Of a stretch of 64,000 nucleotides of DNA, positions 37,131 to 49,900 are shown piece by piece. The first letter of the stretch is position 1, and every line of letters starts with the position of its first letter. Below the pieces are notes generated by a model. The model did not search any database. It had not been told where the DNA came from and saw only the letters and a program-made list of their open reading frames with translations. The translations under genes and the position numbers were made by a program. Source of the DNA: Antedon mediterranea (lineage: Eukaryota > Animalia > Echinodermata); NCBI RefSeq assembly GCF_964355755.1, contig NC_092673.1, positions 35,647,648-35,711,647 on the forward strand, written 5' to 3'.

Positions 37131-40024
37131 ATGGCCGCCGGCGATCGTGATTTTCCAGGTCGTTTTGCTCATATTACTGCTGCTGAATTGGATGATTTTG
37201 TGTGCGTACCTAACACAGAGCCTTTAGAGTATTCCACCTTTCAACAAAATTCAGTAATTATTCCTTCTGAAGATGTTAGGCCTTCTGTTAATTCTAGGCA
37301 TGTACAACAAGGACTCGGTGGTGCGTCGTCTTCGTGTTACAGCGGAGCGAGCCCCTCAGCAAACTATGTGATGCGTAGGCCTAGCAGCGCTGCAGCCGTG
37401 GCCTTGCCAAACGAATCAAATGAGTTAGTTGAATCATCAGATTCATTTAACACAAGAAAGCAAATCAAATATGCTGTAGGTGTTCTGTCAAAATATGCAC
37501 AATCTATTGGAAGCAGTTACTCAGATATAGAATCATTGTCGGCGACGGGAACCGATGCATTCCTTGCCAAATTTTATGCTTCAATCCGAAGACACGACGG
37601 AAGTTTGTACACGCAGAAATCGATGCATGGAATAAAATTCGGTCTTCAGAGACATTATCAAGAAGTACACGGATGGGATATCATTCGAGATAAAGAATTC
37701 AGAAAAAGTAAAAAGATGTTTAAAACAATTATAATGAAGCTAAGACAAGCAGGACTGGGTTTTGTGAAGCAACGTTCGTCACTTATTGAAGATACAGACC
37801 TTTCGAAAATCCTGAATTCCTTGAATGTAAATACACCCCTCGGATTGCAAAATAAAGTTTATGTCGACATCTCGATGAACTTTTCTGTTCGTGGACGAAC
37901 TAATTTCCGTAACATGAAAAAGGGAGATTACATTATGCTAATGACGAAAACGGGCCATCGTTATATTACGCATACAAACCAAAGCAATGACATTGATGAG
38001 GTCAAAGACAGGATGTATGAACAGCCAGGCTACATACATTGTCCGCTACAAAGTTTTTTTAAATACACCTCCAAGTTGCATCCAAATTGTGACGCTTTTT
38101 GGCAAATGCCCAAGAAAGAACCGCATCCATATGAGCCGTGGTATTGCAGCATCCCTATTGGAGAAAATGCAATATCTAGTAAAACTAGGCAAATATCAAT
38201 TTCAGCTGGATGTTTACATGTGTTTACAAATGGCCGTTTGCGAGCAACAGGTATACAAAGAAAAATGTTGTTCCTGGAAGTAAGTCTTAGTCTCGCACAC
38301 CTTTTCATGATGCTTGCTGTGTATTAGTGTAAAATGATAAATAATCAAGGCCGTAGCGAAAGGATAAAAACAGACGAGGCAAAAATGCTTTAAATATAAT
38401 TATTAATATAAAATATGTGTGTGCTTGGGAATTGGGGTGGGTGGTGAAAATTTCAGACATCTGCCTCATGCTGGCTATGGCCCAGATAATGTAGCTTTAT
38501 AAAATTATTATTTGAAGTTCAATGACACAATTTTATTTTTAGAGAAACATATCCAAAGGCAGTACAAGATGATAAGATCTCCATCATATACTGAATTTAA
38601 TCCCTAGGTTTGAAGGCCTGTAGGTATTCATATAACAACATGATTATTTGATAATAATTTCGTTTATAGTGAAGGAAAAAGGTTAGGTTGAAACATCGTT
38701 TCATGGAAGGAGATACATTTTTTCAATTGTACAACATGATTACTTATTAAATATGGATTGTTAATTCTTGTATATTTTACAGCAAATGAAACAATCAACA
38801 AGTTCTGTGACAGACGGATCTAATGAAGTTCTAATAAAGGAAGAAAAGCCGGATTTTGTCGGATATCTTCAGCAACCTGTGTCCAGCATCAGTACAAAGC
38901 ATGCTCCAGGTGGAGATATAGGACAAGCTGTCATTCTGGCAAACCAAGGAGTACCAGAAGAAGATGGCTACTTAAGTAATTCAGACTCTGATATGTCAAG
39001 TGTTATCATTCTGGAAGATGATGAAGATGACAGTAATGATATTCAAGTTATAATTAAACAAGAAGAAGAAGGGTTAAGGGACACGGTGGCTGTACAGGAG
39101 AGGCTAACAGATAGAGGTCAAACAGGAGTAAAAAATAAGGTACATGAAAAGAGTACAGATGGGGCAACAATAGCATCTACAACCTCTCCCACTGCTGTTG
39201 TAAACAAAGGTAACTATATTATATTTGTTGACATAAAGTTTGCGGTACACCATGTATATTATTAGTTCTCAACGTTTCGATCAATATGTTCGATTATCCT
39301 CAGGAGTAAGAATACAGAAAGTCTGGGTGGGAATTGAAGCAAAATAGGATGGGACTGGTGTGAAATCTAAAAATAACTTGTACATAATTTATTTAGTCTT
39401 ATAAATCCTAATCCTCCTTAAAAATGTACTAATTGTTAATCATTTTCATAATTGCCTGATTTACAATATCGGTCCTTGGCCACAACATTTCTTTATAACC
39501 AGATGCTTTCATAAATACTTATTTTCGATGTCGTAATTGTTTTATGTTTCAAACGTATAAGTGGTGGTAATTTTCGCTGATGGTTTTGAATGAATAAAAT
39601 AAAAAAATTGCAGAGAGTAACTACAGACTAGAATGATGTGAGCTGTAAATGTATAGTAATTTTAAAGTAATGGAATTCTTGATCTCTTACAGGAAAGGGT
39701 GTTGATAATACACACTGTAGACTTCAAAATGAAACCTCAGATGATGAAGAAACTGCTGAAGAGAGAGAACAAAGAGGAATAAAGACACCGTTCAATCGCT
39801 TGACCGAACGACATTTCATAGCTGTGAACAAAGGACGTACCCCGCTAGGTCAGCCTTGTAAACCTAGTTGTATCGTGTGTTCGAGCCCCGGAGTAAAGCG
39901 CCATCGCACGGAGTACATCTGTGAACAGTGCGTCTTGCCTATGTGTCCAACTCCTTGCTTCAAGCGCTACCACACAATGGCAGAATATAAAATAACATGC
40001 TCTGATTCTTACCATAATAGCTAG
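37131..40024 (+). CDS. Domesticated-transposase gene: Crypton-derived DUF3504 (ZMYM/QRICH1/KCTD1-like) domain, acidic linker, piggyBac-type C-terminal Cys-rich zinc finger
   Basis: Exons 37131-38279 (GAA|gtaagt), 38783-39209 (cag|CAA ATG; AAAG|gtaact) and 39693-40024 join in frame. Exon 1: FLAKFYASIRRHDGSLY, TPLGLQNKVY, RGRTNFRNM, CPLQSFFKY, WYCSIPIGEN, TNGRLRAT. Exon 3: RLTERHF..CIVC..RHRTEYICEQCVLPMCPTPCFKRYHT. Confidence 0.8.
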
Positions 40025-42705
40025 TCATAAATAAATAAATAATCATTTTACTCATTTTTAAAATTTGTATATAAAACATTTTGGTATCTTATTCTTATGA
40101 ATAATAGCTCTATTATTAACATTTTTCCGATAAAATTTAATAATGTTAATGAATTATATATATCAATGCTATGATATGAATAATTATTTTAAAACAATAG
40201 GATGGCAGAATATAAAATAACATGTTCTGATTCTAAAGCCTTGTCTACACTATCAAACTTTATGGGACAAAAAAATGTGATGTGCGGCTGTGCCCGTATA
40301 TGGACATGATGATGTCATATCACTACCATATTTGGGCACATCACACTTTTTTTGTCAAACTAGTTTGATAGTGTAGACAGAGCTTTAGCTAGTGATGGTA
40401 TAAATAACTCATTTTTAAAACCTTTATGTAAATACATTTTTATATCTTATTCTTATTAATAATAACTCATGTAATACTGAACTCGTAAGTTTGGTGGTAT
40501 TATTCATGATTTATCTAACAAATACTGAACATAAATTGAGCAAAATCAATTTAGTTGCAGAAACTAAAGTTGAATAATTTTCTGATCAAATTTAACAATG
40601 TTAATGAACTATATTTATCACTGGTGTGCTACACTTATTTTGAAAGTAATGTAATACTAATAGGATGATAATTGTCTAACTTCTGGTTGGATACAGCATT
40701 TTTTATCGTACACAATGTAATCTATGTCGCACATGTACACACTGCTCAAATAAGTGTGAAATTACGTTTTTATGAAGAAATACTTAGCAATGTAGTTAGC
40801 AATGCATTCTTTTAAATTGTACAGACTGATACAGATTCCTTTTATTATCCAATATAATGGAAATTAAAATGCTCATATATTGCCTTAAATAAATATAAAG
40901 TAAAAAGAACTATCTTACAAATCTTTCTTTATAATTACGAGTACTTCGCCTTCGTCGTCTGCGCCTTCGTCTGAATAATAAGTGTAAAAATACAATAATA
41001 ATGATACAGTATAAATTCGGTGATGTTTAAATAAACTTTAGATATCGGGTTTTTTTTATGCTAGGTCTAGAATAAGTATTAGTGTATTTGTATCTATATT
41101 TATGTGAAATGAAAGTAGCGCTGATTGCAATCTTATATTCATACTTCTATTAACGATTAAAAACACAATCAGATAGTATAGCATTGATTAGTAAATAAAA
41201 TAAAGTTGAAATAAAATAAAGATGTAATAGATACAGTAAAACTCCTGTAAAAAACATAAAATAATTTTTAAAATCTCAATTTGGTTACAGGATCAATTTA
41301 TATTTGTCTATGGTCGTTTAAAAGACGTTGACCTATTTATAGATAAATTACGTCATCAATTATTAACATCTGTTTATAGCCTTCTGATATGGATTACGTC
41401 ATATAAACGTATCTCAAACGTTTGATATTAAATAAATCATAGTATATTATAATGATTACACAATGTATGAGTTTAAAACGTTCCAACAACGATGCTGGTA
41501 CAAACCTATAACACTATAAATAACCAGTTGGGTTCTCACTCTAGAACGCAACGCAAAGACGTAAGTAATTCGACCAATCACAAGCGATAGATTGTCGGAA
41601 CTTAAACGCTTGTTTTTTTTGTTTGTTTTATTGGTTTTTCTACACATTAAAAAAAGAATTACAAATTACACATAACTTAAAAATTACAATAAACATAAAA
41701 TCATCACAGATGGAGGTAAAAATAAGTTGCTTGTACTTGGTCAACTCGCTTGCATTTGTGTTCCTACGTCATTGCGTTGCGTTCAAAAGTGGGAACCAAG
41801 CTTTAACGCACTAAACTGAATGCAATTTGTTTAAATAGCAAATTGTTTAAAATCAGCTTTCTTAAATTATACTTATTGCAGAGATAACATTAGGTCTATA
41901 TGAATTTGGGAAAATCATTTTTGTATTGATATAATTATATATGTGATAATCCAGCTCTTTGTGAAAGTAAAAAGTACAGTACTATAATCAACTTTGTAGA
42001 AACTTGTTTTTGACTTATTGTTTTAGTTTTAGTTTTCATTATACAATCTAAGAATTAAAAAGGTTATATTTAATACGCGGCGTTTGAGTGACTTTAAAGC
42101 TTTGTCTACACTATCAAACTTTATGTGACAAAAAAATGAGATGTGCCCATATATGGACATGATGATGTCATATCACTACCCCATTTAGGCATATCACTAC
42201 CATATTTGGCCACATTACACTTTTTTTGTCAAACTAATTTGATAGTGTATACAGTTTAGTTTGTGGTCTGGATGTATTGTCGCCATTTGGTGGTCGCATG
42301 GAGATTGTAGGGGGAGGGGGACGGGTTGATTCATTGAATGTCAGATCAGCAGATAAGTTGAGATTAAAATTAATATAAATAAGTTTATAATAATATTTGT
42401 TGCTTTCCAAGAACAGTAAAATTTATAAAACAGCATAATATTTGAATGATAATAATTAAACTTGAGAAATTAAATATGGAAAGCAGGGGATCCCATTAAG
42501 CCCAAATGCTTGTTTTCAAAAGGATCCTCAATAGTACCAGTATTAAAATGATTTTATTACAGGATAATTTTTTCAATGATTAAATTGTATATACAGTAAT
42601 ACGTTGGGCAAGCGAGGCGTCCTTTACACTACATCCAATGAACAGATTGCGAAACAAATCTATTTAAATAATGCAACGTATTGAAAACGTTCAGCTGTGA
42701 CAAGA

Positions 42706-42750
42706 TATAAAAGGGATTGAATTCATCACGGCCGGGCATTTAGTTCATTC
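42706..42750 (+). promoter_or_regulatory. TATA box with downstream Inr-like motif for the Gly/Arg-rich gene
   Basis: TATAAAAG at ~42706 and tcattc at ~42745, about 65 nt before ATG 42809. Confidence 0.45.
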
Positions 42751-42808
42751 AGGTTGGTCGTGAAGTTTGCATCGCCTTACAACATACAGATTCTCTGCTT
42801 GCGTTAAA

Positions 42809-43849
42809 ATGGCCCAATTGCCAGAAGAACAAGTATCGAACAGCTTTGAAGTAGACATTGACAGTGACACTACTGGAAGAAATGCTGGCAATGCAGACAA
42901 CGTTGACGTACACGTAAACAATGTTGAGGAGGAGGAGGAGCTAGGTGAAGGAGAGACTACCGAGGAAGGATCCAGCAACCAACAAGATCGTAGAGAACAT
43001 TACAGAGAAGCAATGTTTGGCGATGGAAGAGGTAGAGGTGCTGGAGGACGTGGTGGTAGATACGGTTTCTTTGATAGAGGCGGCTTGGGATCGTTTGGTG
43101 GACGAGGAGGTGGTATGGGATCGTTTGGTGGTAGACGAGGAGGTGGCTGTGGAGGATTCATTGGAGAATTTCCAGAGGTACAAGCTGATGAATTTGAAGA
43201 TCCACGAATGGAGTTTGATAGAGTAGGCCGAGGAGGAGGAGGACCATTTTGCAGTCAAGGATTTGATGACGATTTTTATGAAGACCCACGAATTGGTTTC
43301 GGCGGAATTCGGGGTCGTGGTGGTCATGGATGTGAAAGGGGAGGAGGTGTGTTTCATGCATTTAATCGCCAATTTGATTATTTTGCCCGTCCTTGTATGG
43401 CACATACCCACACTACGGCAGGAGTAAATGAAAACGCTTCCAAAAATAATGACGACACAGAGAAGACCCAAAAGCCAGCAGACTCTGAAGAAAACATCGA
43501 TGCAACAACCAATCATTATACAGAAGAAGATGATGCGCCACCATGCACATGTGACGTCAGAGGATCCAACATGTATACTGCTGGTCCAAGACAAGGTTGG
43601 GGTGGGTTCATGCGTGGGAGAGGAGGTTTCGGAAATCCGAGAATGCAATTCGTATTACGAGGTGGCTGGCGCGGTGCCGGTACGCCATACGCGCGCCCGC
43701 ATCGTTTCCCGGGCCACCACAACGACTTGCCGTCTATGACTATTGGTGTTTCTATACCACTTACACGACCTCCTTTCCAGTCGCACTCATTTGGTGGGTG
43801 CCGTGGACCTAGACCACCCTTCCGACCAGAACATGGCCTCGTATGGTAA
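42809..43849 (+). CDS. Intronless acidic, RGG/Gly-rich, probably disordered protein (~346 aa) of unknown family
   Basis: Long, GC-richer ORF in an AT-rich background, with good start context (aaaATGg), an upstream TATA and AATAAA at ~43879. Many RGG/GRG motifs. Confidence 0.75.
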   Translation: MAQLPEEQVSNSFEVDIDSDTTGRNAGNADNVDVHVNNVEEEEELGEGETTEEGSSNQQDRREHYREAMFGDGRGRGAGGRGGRYGFFDRGGLGSFGGRGGGMGSFGGRRGGGCGGFIGEFPEVQADEFEDPRMEFDRVGRGGGGPFCSQGFDDDFYEDPRIGFGGIRGRGGHGCERGGGVFHAFNRQFDYFARPCMAHTHTTAGVNENASKNNDDTEKTQKPADSEENIDATTNHYTEEDDAPPCTCDVRGSNMYTAGPRQGWGGFMRGRGGFGNPRMQFVLRGGWRGAGTPYARPHRFPGHHNDLPSMTIGVSIPLTRPPFQSHSFGGCRGPRPPFRPEHGLVW

Positions 43850-45149
43850 AACCCCAGACACGGAATGACTATATGATTAATAAAATAAACACAATCCGAG
43901 TGACAAAGTCCACGAACGAGGCCTATAATGTAAATAGGCGCGCTAAGATAATTAGAAACATCGTGAAGGAACTGTCTCGGAAATAATAACTGCAATAGGC
44001 CAAATTGTCAATTTAATAATAGAAAAAAAAAAAAAAAATTAAAAATCGATGTTGCTTATTAATTTGTAGCCTAAATTCAATTTGGTTTTTTGAATAATCA
44101 GAAATAGGCTACCGGTATTGTTTACAATATAGGCCTAATATTAAATAAAATTTGTTATAAAATATCTATTATTTCGATTTATGCCTTTCAAAATTAGAAA
44201 TATCTTTGTAATAATCTAGCATAAACAAGATATTTCTAATCTAAATTATGAGTATTCAGAACAAATATTTAAACCAATTGTTACTTCCTAAATGCATTGT
44301 AACTATAAAACAAATACCAGATAATTATATTGTCTGCAAATAAAAGATTTTATTGAGAATGTTATACTCATTTTGACTTGACCAAATTTCGATTATAAAG
44401 TATATTTAAAAAAAAAAGTAGGTTATATATTTATTTTTGTATTTTTTTCGTTTGGTTAACCATAAACATACTATACTATTTTGCTACGTCTCTGTTACTA
44501 CTGTACTAGCAACTAAAGCTTGTTGCGCGTTCTAGTGGGAACCAAGCTTAAACAAACATAGGCTACTAAATCATTTGAAAAACAGATAAATTTCTTATTC
44601 ATAATTTATAAAAGTTGCATGGGTATGTATGTATTTATTTGCGTGTGGCTACTCAATATTCGACATTTTATTTGTGTTCTATTTAAATTTAAGAGACGGT
44701 GACATTATTTGGTGAGTAGAATGAAATAGTGATACTTGAGAGGAGATGATGGATGACTATTGAGGTGATATCGGGTGATCCGATCGTAGTTCCGAGATTT
44801 AGCTATTACCTTAATGCAAATGAGAATACACTAAAATACGCAAAGAATGATAATCGGGCTTGTTTAATATGTTTGGTCTTTCTTGCCTTTTATATTTAGT
44901 TTTGTAGAAAATTTAATGAATGAATAAAAAAATACTAATCAGTGCCATCCCACTCGTATACAATGACAATATTAGAACGTATTGATGATGGTAGGCCTAC
45001 TGTACATGGTAAATGTCGGACAAGATGAGGCGTATTGATAATAGACCGTCGGTAGATGGTAAGAACGATGACGATGACGATTTATGATAAACATGACGAT
45101 GATGATGACATAAATGACAATCATGTAGGTACGTTTGAATTTCATGATT

Positions 45150-46165
45150 CAGTGGTGGCGCCAGGATTTCCCCGACGGGGGGGCCGAATTCCCCCACGGG
45201 GGGCCGTACGCCTCAGAAAATTTTGAAAAAATAGATGCTTACACACTGTTTAATGGGCTAGAGCAACTGTTTCCATTTACATTTAATAACAATGTCACAT
45301 AATAATGTAAATTTAAATAAATCTTTCCTAAATACTCTAAAATTTCGACGAACTAATAATAAACTTTGATCCAAAAATGCCTCGATAGTGCATGTGTTTA
45401 GTGTACGACTGTGCTTTGGTGGTCTGTTAACCTCAGATATATACCCTATAGCCGGGTGAATAACTCAATGTAATTTAGTACCGTATACAATGATGATGAA
45501 GAAAAAAGTTCACGATATTTTATTTTTATTTTTATTTTATTCAATCAAAACCAACAGCGATAAATACCGCCACTAACAGGTTTGAAACATAAAACAATAC
45601 AACATCAAAAACGGTGTCTGTCTGATATTACACTCTACTCTGTACAGGGGTGTAAATATACAGGTCCACGCTAACGCTTGCACACGGACCAGGGCGGAAA
45701 ATGGTGTATTTTTGGAGAGTGATGACGTCAGCATTCACACGAGGAGCGAGCTAAGATAACGTAATGCTGGTAGTGGGAGTGCATGTGTTTTGAAAATAAC
45801 TCAGTTGTGGGTATTTTCCGAAGATTTTAAATTGCGTTTTCTTTTTAAACTCTTGAATTCATAAATAGTTCTTTCACTATGTAGGCCTATTTACACAACT
45901 ATAGCTCTAGCCTACTCTTCTTAATTAAAAGAGTCAAGTGCGCCGAATCCGCGTCTAGCGACGGTCACGGGTTTGTTGCATCTTTTTTTTCCCTTTAGAA
46001 GTAAGCCACCCTATTCACCCACCTACCCTAGATCGAGATTTATGCGCGAAAAGAAACGTGACCAGACCCTGTTTTATGGTTCGGGCCAACCGCTTCCTTT
46101 TCCCAATCGAACCCCCACCCAAACCCTGGCCCCCCCCCCCGGCCCCCCCGCTGGCGCCACCACTG
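45150..46165. mobile_element. ~1-kb non-autonomous DNA transposon
   Basis: Perfect 15-bp TIR cagtggtggcgccag / ctggcgccaccactg with GATT on both flanks. Superfamily uncertain. Confidence 0.75.
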
Positions 46166-46923
46166 GATTCTAATACTATCTATACATCATGCTAATATAG
46201 AAATACTGATAGACTATTTTACAATGACTTGTTAATCACCCCTCTCTTACTAATGGAATAGTCTAAACACAAACGCATCCAACCGTAGCGATAAGCGACA
46301 ATAGATTGATCAGTTTTATTAGGGGCTTTCCCATTTAGCCTTGTACTTTACCGTTGTTCAGACGTATAAGACTGATCTAGGGCTTATTACTGTTTAGTAC
46401 TGTATCTCCAATTGTCATATTCCTATACCAAGTTTGTAATGAAGAAATGTTTGCATCAGTTTATGTAATTCATACAAAGAGGTAGGTAGTTTAAACATTA
46501 AAGTCCAGGAAATCTGAACGTTTGGTTGTGCCTACGTCTACTGGTTATAAATATTAGATTAGATCATATAGAATAAATAATGTTATACCTCTCCATGATT
46601 AGACCATAGGTAAAGTTTTGAGTTGAGAATGTTCAAGGAAGGAGTCTCGACGTTTAGTTGTTCAACGTTAAACATTGATTCCTATCTATGATTAATCCGA
46701 CCTAGCTGACTAGTTTTAGCAAAATGCCATTGTTCACTGAACAATAGAATAGAATATATATCATACAGTATGATAGGAATTATATAAAACACTCCTACTA
46801 AGTCCCTGGATAAACTATGACACACATTCTTAAGTAAGACTAACAATGATAGGTATTTTACCATTTTGTTGCCTGACTGTGTATTAATTACCATATTCAC
46901 ACGACATTTTTGTATTTACAGTC

Positions 46924-49900
46924 ATGGTTTCCTGTGGACGCAATCTTATCGATTTTGCAAATGTCTTAAAAGCATTCATTGGCAGTTTTTACCTTAGTAT
47001 TGCTTATTGGTTCAGCCAGTGTGGATTAGCTGTGAGTATCTGTTTGGTTAATTTACACCTGCCAGAGAGTTGTACCCTGCTTACACTAATAAAAAAAATA
47101 CCTCAATAGAAGAGAATAGTGAGACACTGTGAGAATAGTGAGACACTGTGAGAATAGTGAGACACTGTGAGAATAGTGAGACACTGTGAGAATAGTGAGA
47201 CACTGTGAGAATAGTGAGACACTGTGAGAATAGTGAGACACTGTGAGAATAGTGAGACACTGTGAGAATAGTGAGACACTGTGAGAATAGTGAGACACTG
47301 TGAGAATAGTGAGACACTGTGAGAATAGTGAGACACTGTGAGAATAGTGAGACACTGTGAGAATAGTGAGACACTGTGAGAATAGTGAGACACTGTGAGA
47401 ATAGTGAGACACTGTGAGAATAGTGAGACACTGTGAGAATAGTGAGACACTGTGAGAATAGTGAGACACTGTGAGAATAGTGAGACACTGTGAGAATAGT
47501 GAGACACTGTGAGAATAGTGAGACACTGTGAGAATAGTGAGACACTGTGAGAATAGTGAGACACTGTGAGAATAGTGAGACACTGTGAGAATAGTGAGAC
47601 ACTGTGATTACTAATAAGAATAATACTAATAATAATAAATTAGGACTTTTAAGCGCAGCATAAAGCCTCTATGCGCTTCATATACAAATAAAGTAATCCA
47701 TGAAATAATAATATAAAAAAGTAATTAAAAATGAGAGTGACAGGCCATAAAATGATTGGATATGTTCAGTTCATTTATTGACTTTCACCATACGTACGTT
47801 ACAGTATTGTCATAAGAAATAACGTTTGAGTTAGTGTTTACCAACCAACCGACCGACATGAGCTGTTGCACGCGACTAATAACACAAAGTAAACAATGAA
47901 ACACCGAACGAAATCAAGTAAATGTTTTAAAAAAAGAATTGAATGAATTGCTGAGTCTATTTCGTGCCTACTTTACATGGATAAACCGACAATAGCCCTT
48001 TCTCCTCGAAGAGCAAGATATAACTCGAACAGTAGAAACTTTCATTGAACACCCCTCTCCACAAATGGTATATTCCAAGAATTATGACCTCAGGTGGGAA
48101 CCTTTTGAAGATTTAAACTGTATTCATTATTTATGTTTTTTTACAGTTGAGTCTAATATGTATCGTAGTAATAGCCCTAGCAACGGACTACTGCACTAAT
48201 TTAATGATTGTGTGCAAGTACGAGATTATTGATAGACTGACAATAATTGATAAAGACGAACAAGATATAACGGCCGAAGAAAAGGAACATCAGAATAAGG
48301 AACGTGAAAGAATTGGCCGAAATCTTACTTATGCAGAAATTGCAAATTTCAGTTTAGGAAAGAAAGCCTTGTACGTTGTCAACGCTGCACTGTTCATTAC
48401 CCAATTTGGATACACAGTTCAATATATAATATTTCTTGGAAACACTGTTCAATCTCTATTTCCATTTGGTGACAAACCTTATACAAATACTAGCAATGTT
48501 ACAGATGATGGAGGTCTGTATCCGGTGGTGGACAATGCCAGAGTAACTACTTCACCAACTTATAACCTAGTCGTTCTTATACCAATTCCTTTTTTTATGG
48601 CGTGTTCGTTGTTACGGGATGTTCGCAATTTGGCACCAATAAGTTTGGCTGGAAATGCTGCAGTAATTTGTGGATTTTTTGCAACTCTTGGGATTATTTA
48701 TAATGGTAAAGTATTGTTTTTTATAGGGACCATGTCAAAAATACTTCAGTTACTGCAGTAACTATAGTTTGATTACTCTTTAGACCGCTTATTGCCTCAT
48801 AAACTACTAGATTCAATCTAAAAAAACATTAAAGCATACAATATTGCAGTAATCAAAATGTAGTTATGATTTTTACATGGTCCCTTGAATACACCTCCAT
48901 TGTTTTTTCTCTAATTGTTCCGCAGTTTCTTTTCAATCAAACAAGTCTAACAATGTCAATCAGGAAGGAACTGCTATTACCAAATAAACCAACAATTTTA
49001 TTAGTTCAAGAAACTTTCATTTGTACATAACTTTCACAAATTAGACAATGAGTTCATAAAGTCGTTTTACCCCACATTTTAGTCGGATGATATCCTCTCT
49101 AATTACATATCCCTCGAGAAGGGGTTGGATTTTGTGTTATATTGGTCCTGTTCATTTCACAGGAAAGTTTCCACTTATGCTTGGTTAAGTTCCCAATAAG
49201 AGACGCAACAAAAGACGTAATGCAAAGTAAGTGAGTTGATCAAGAAGCGTGGTTCCCACTAGCGACGCAGCGCAAGGACGTACGCGCAACGTAAGTGAAT
49301 TGATCAATGAAGCGTGGTTCCCACTAGAGACGAAACACAGGAACATACGCGCAACGCAAGCGAGTTGACCAATGACAAGCCACTGTTCTAATAATCAAAC
49401 GCTTGTGATTTTGTCAAATCAAAATCACTTTTACAGAAACTACTCTATCTTTTGTAATTGTAGTTTTGCGTCAGGGAGTTGAGTAATTAGATGTTTTGCC
49501 CTACTCTGACGTAATTTGTACTTTATACTAATAGTCCATGGGATTTAGACTTTTAACTCACACAAATTGCAAGAAAAGGTTTTTTTGATGAAATGTGTTC
49601 TTTAGACCATACTGAACACATTTATCAACGTTAGGACATTTTTCGACAACAGGACGTAGCCTAATTTGCATAATTAAAAATGGCCGCCATTTTTAATAAC
49701 GTACTCTGTATCTTGGAAACCGCTAGTCACAGATAATTAATTATGGTGTCAAAATCATTAGAACATATGTTTTTATATTCACTTTAATGATAAAGTTTGT
49801 CCAAAAATGAATGGAAGTGCTATTTCTAACATTATTGACCTTTGACCTTGATTTATCATATCTCAGCAACCACTAATCGGAGATATACAAATTAGGGCTT

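Noticed and set aside
37131-38327. Active phage-type integrase or horizontally acquired element
   Set aside because: The gene has spliceosomal introns, a degenerate catalytic box and no element termini, which fits a domesticated Crypton domain.
42809-43849. Assignment to sea-urchin Transformer (185/333) immune proteins because of Gly/Arg richness
   Set aside because: There is no leader exon or signal peptide, no His-rich region and no recognisable element pattern.
47081-47602. Three ~160-aa SHYSHSVSLFSQ ORFs
   Set aside because: The 19-bp repeat lacks stops on the minus strand; there is no other sign of a gene.
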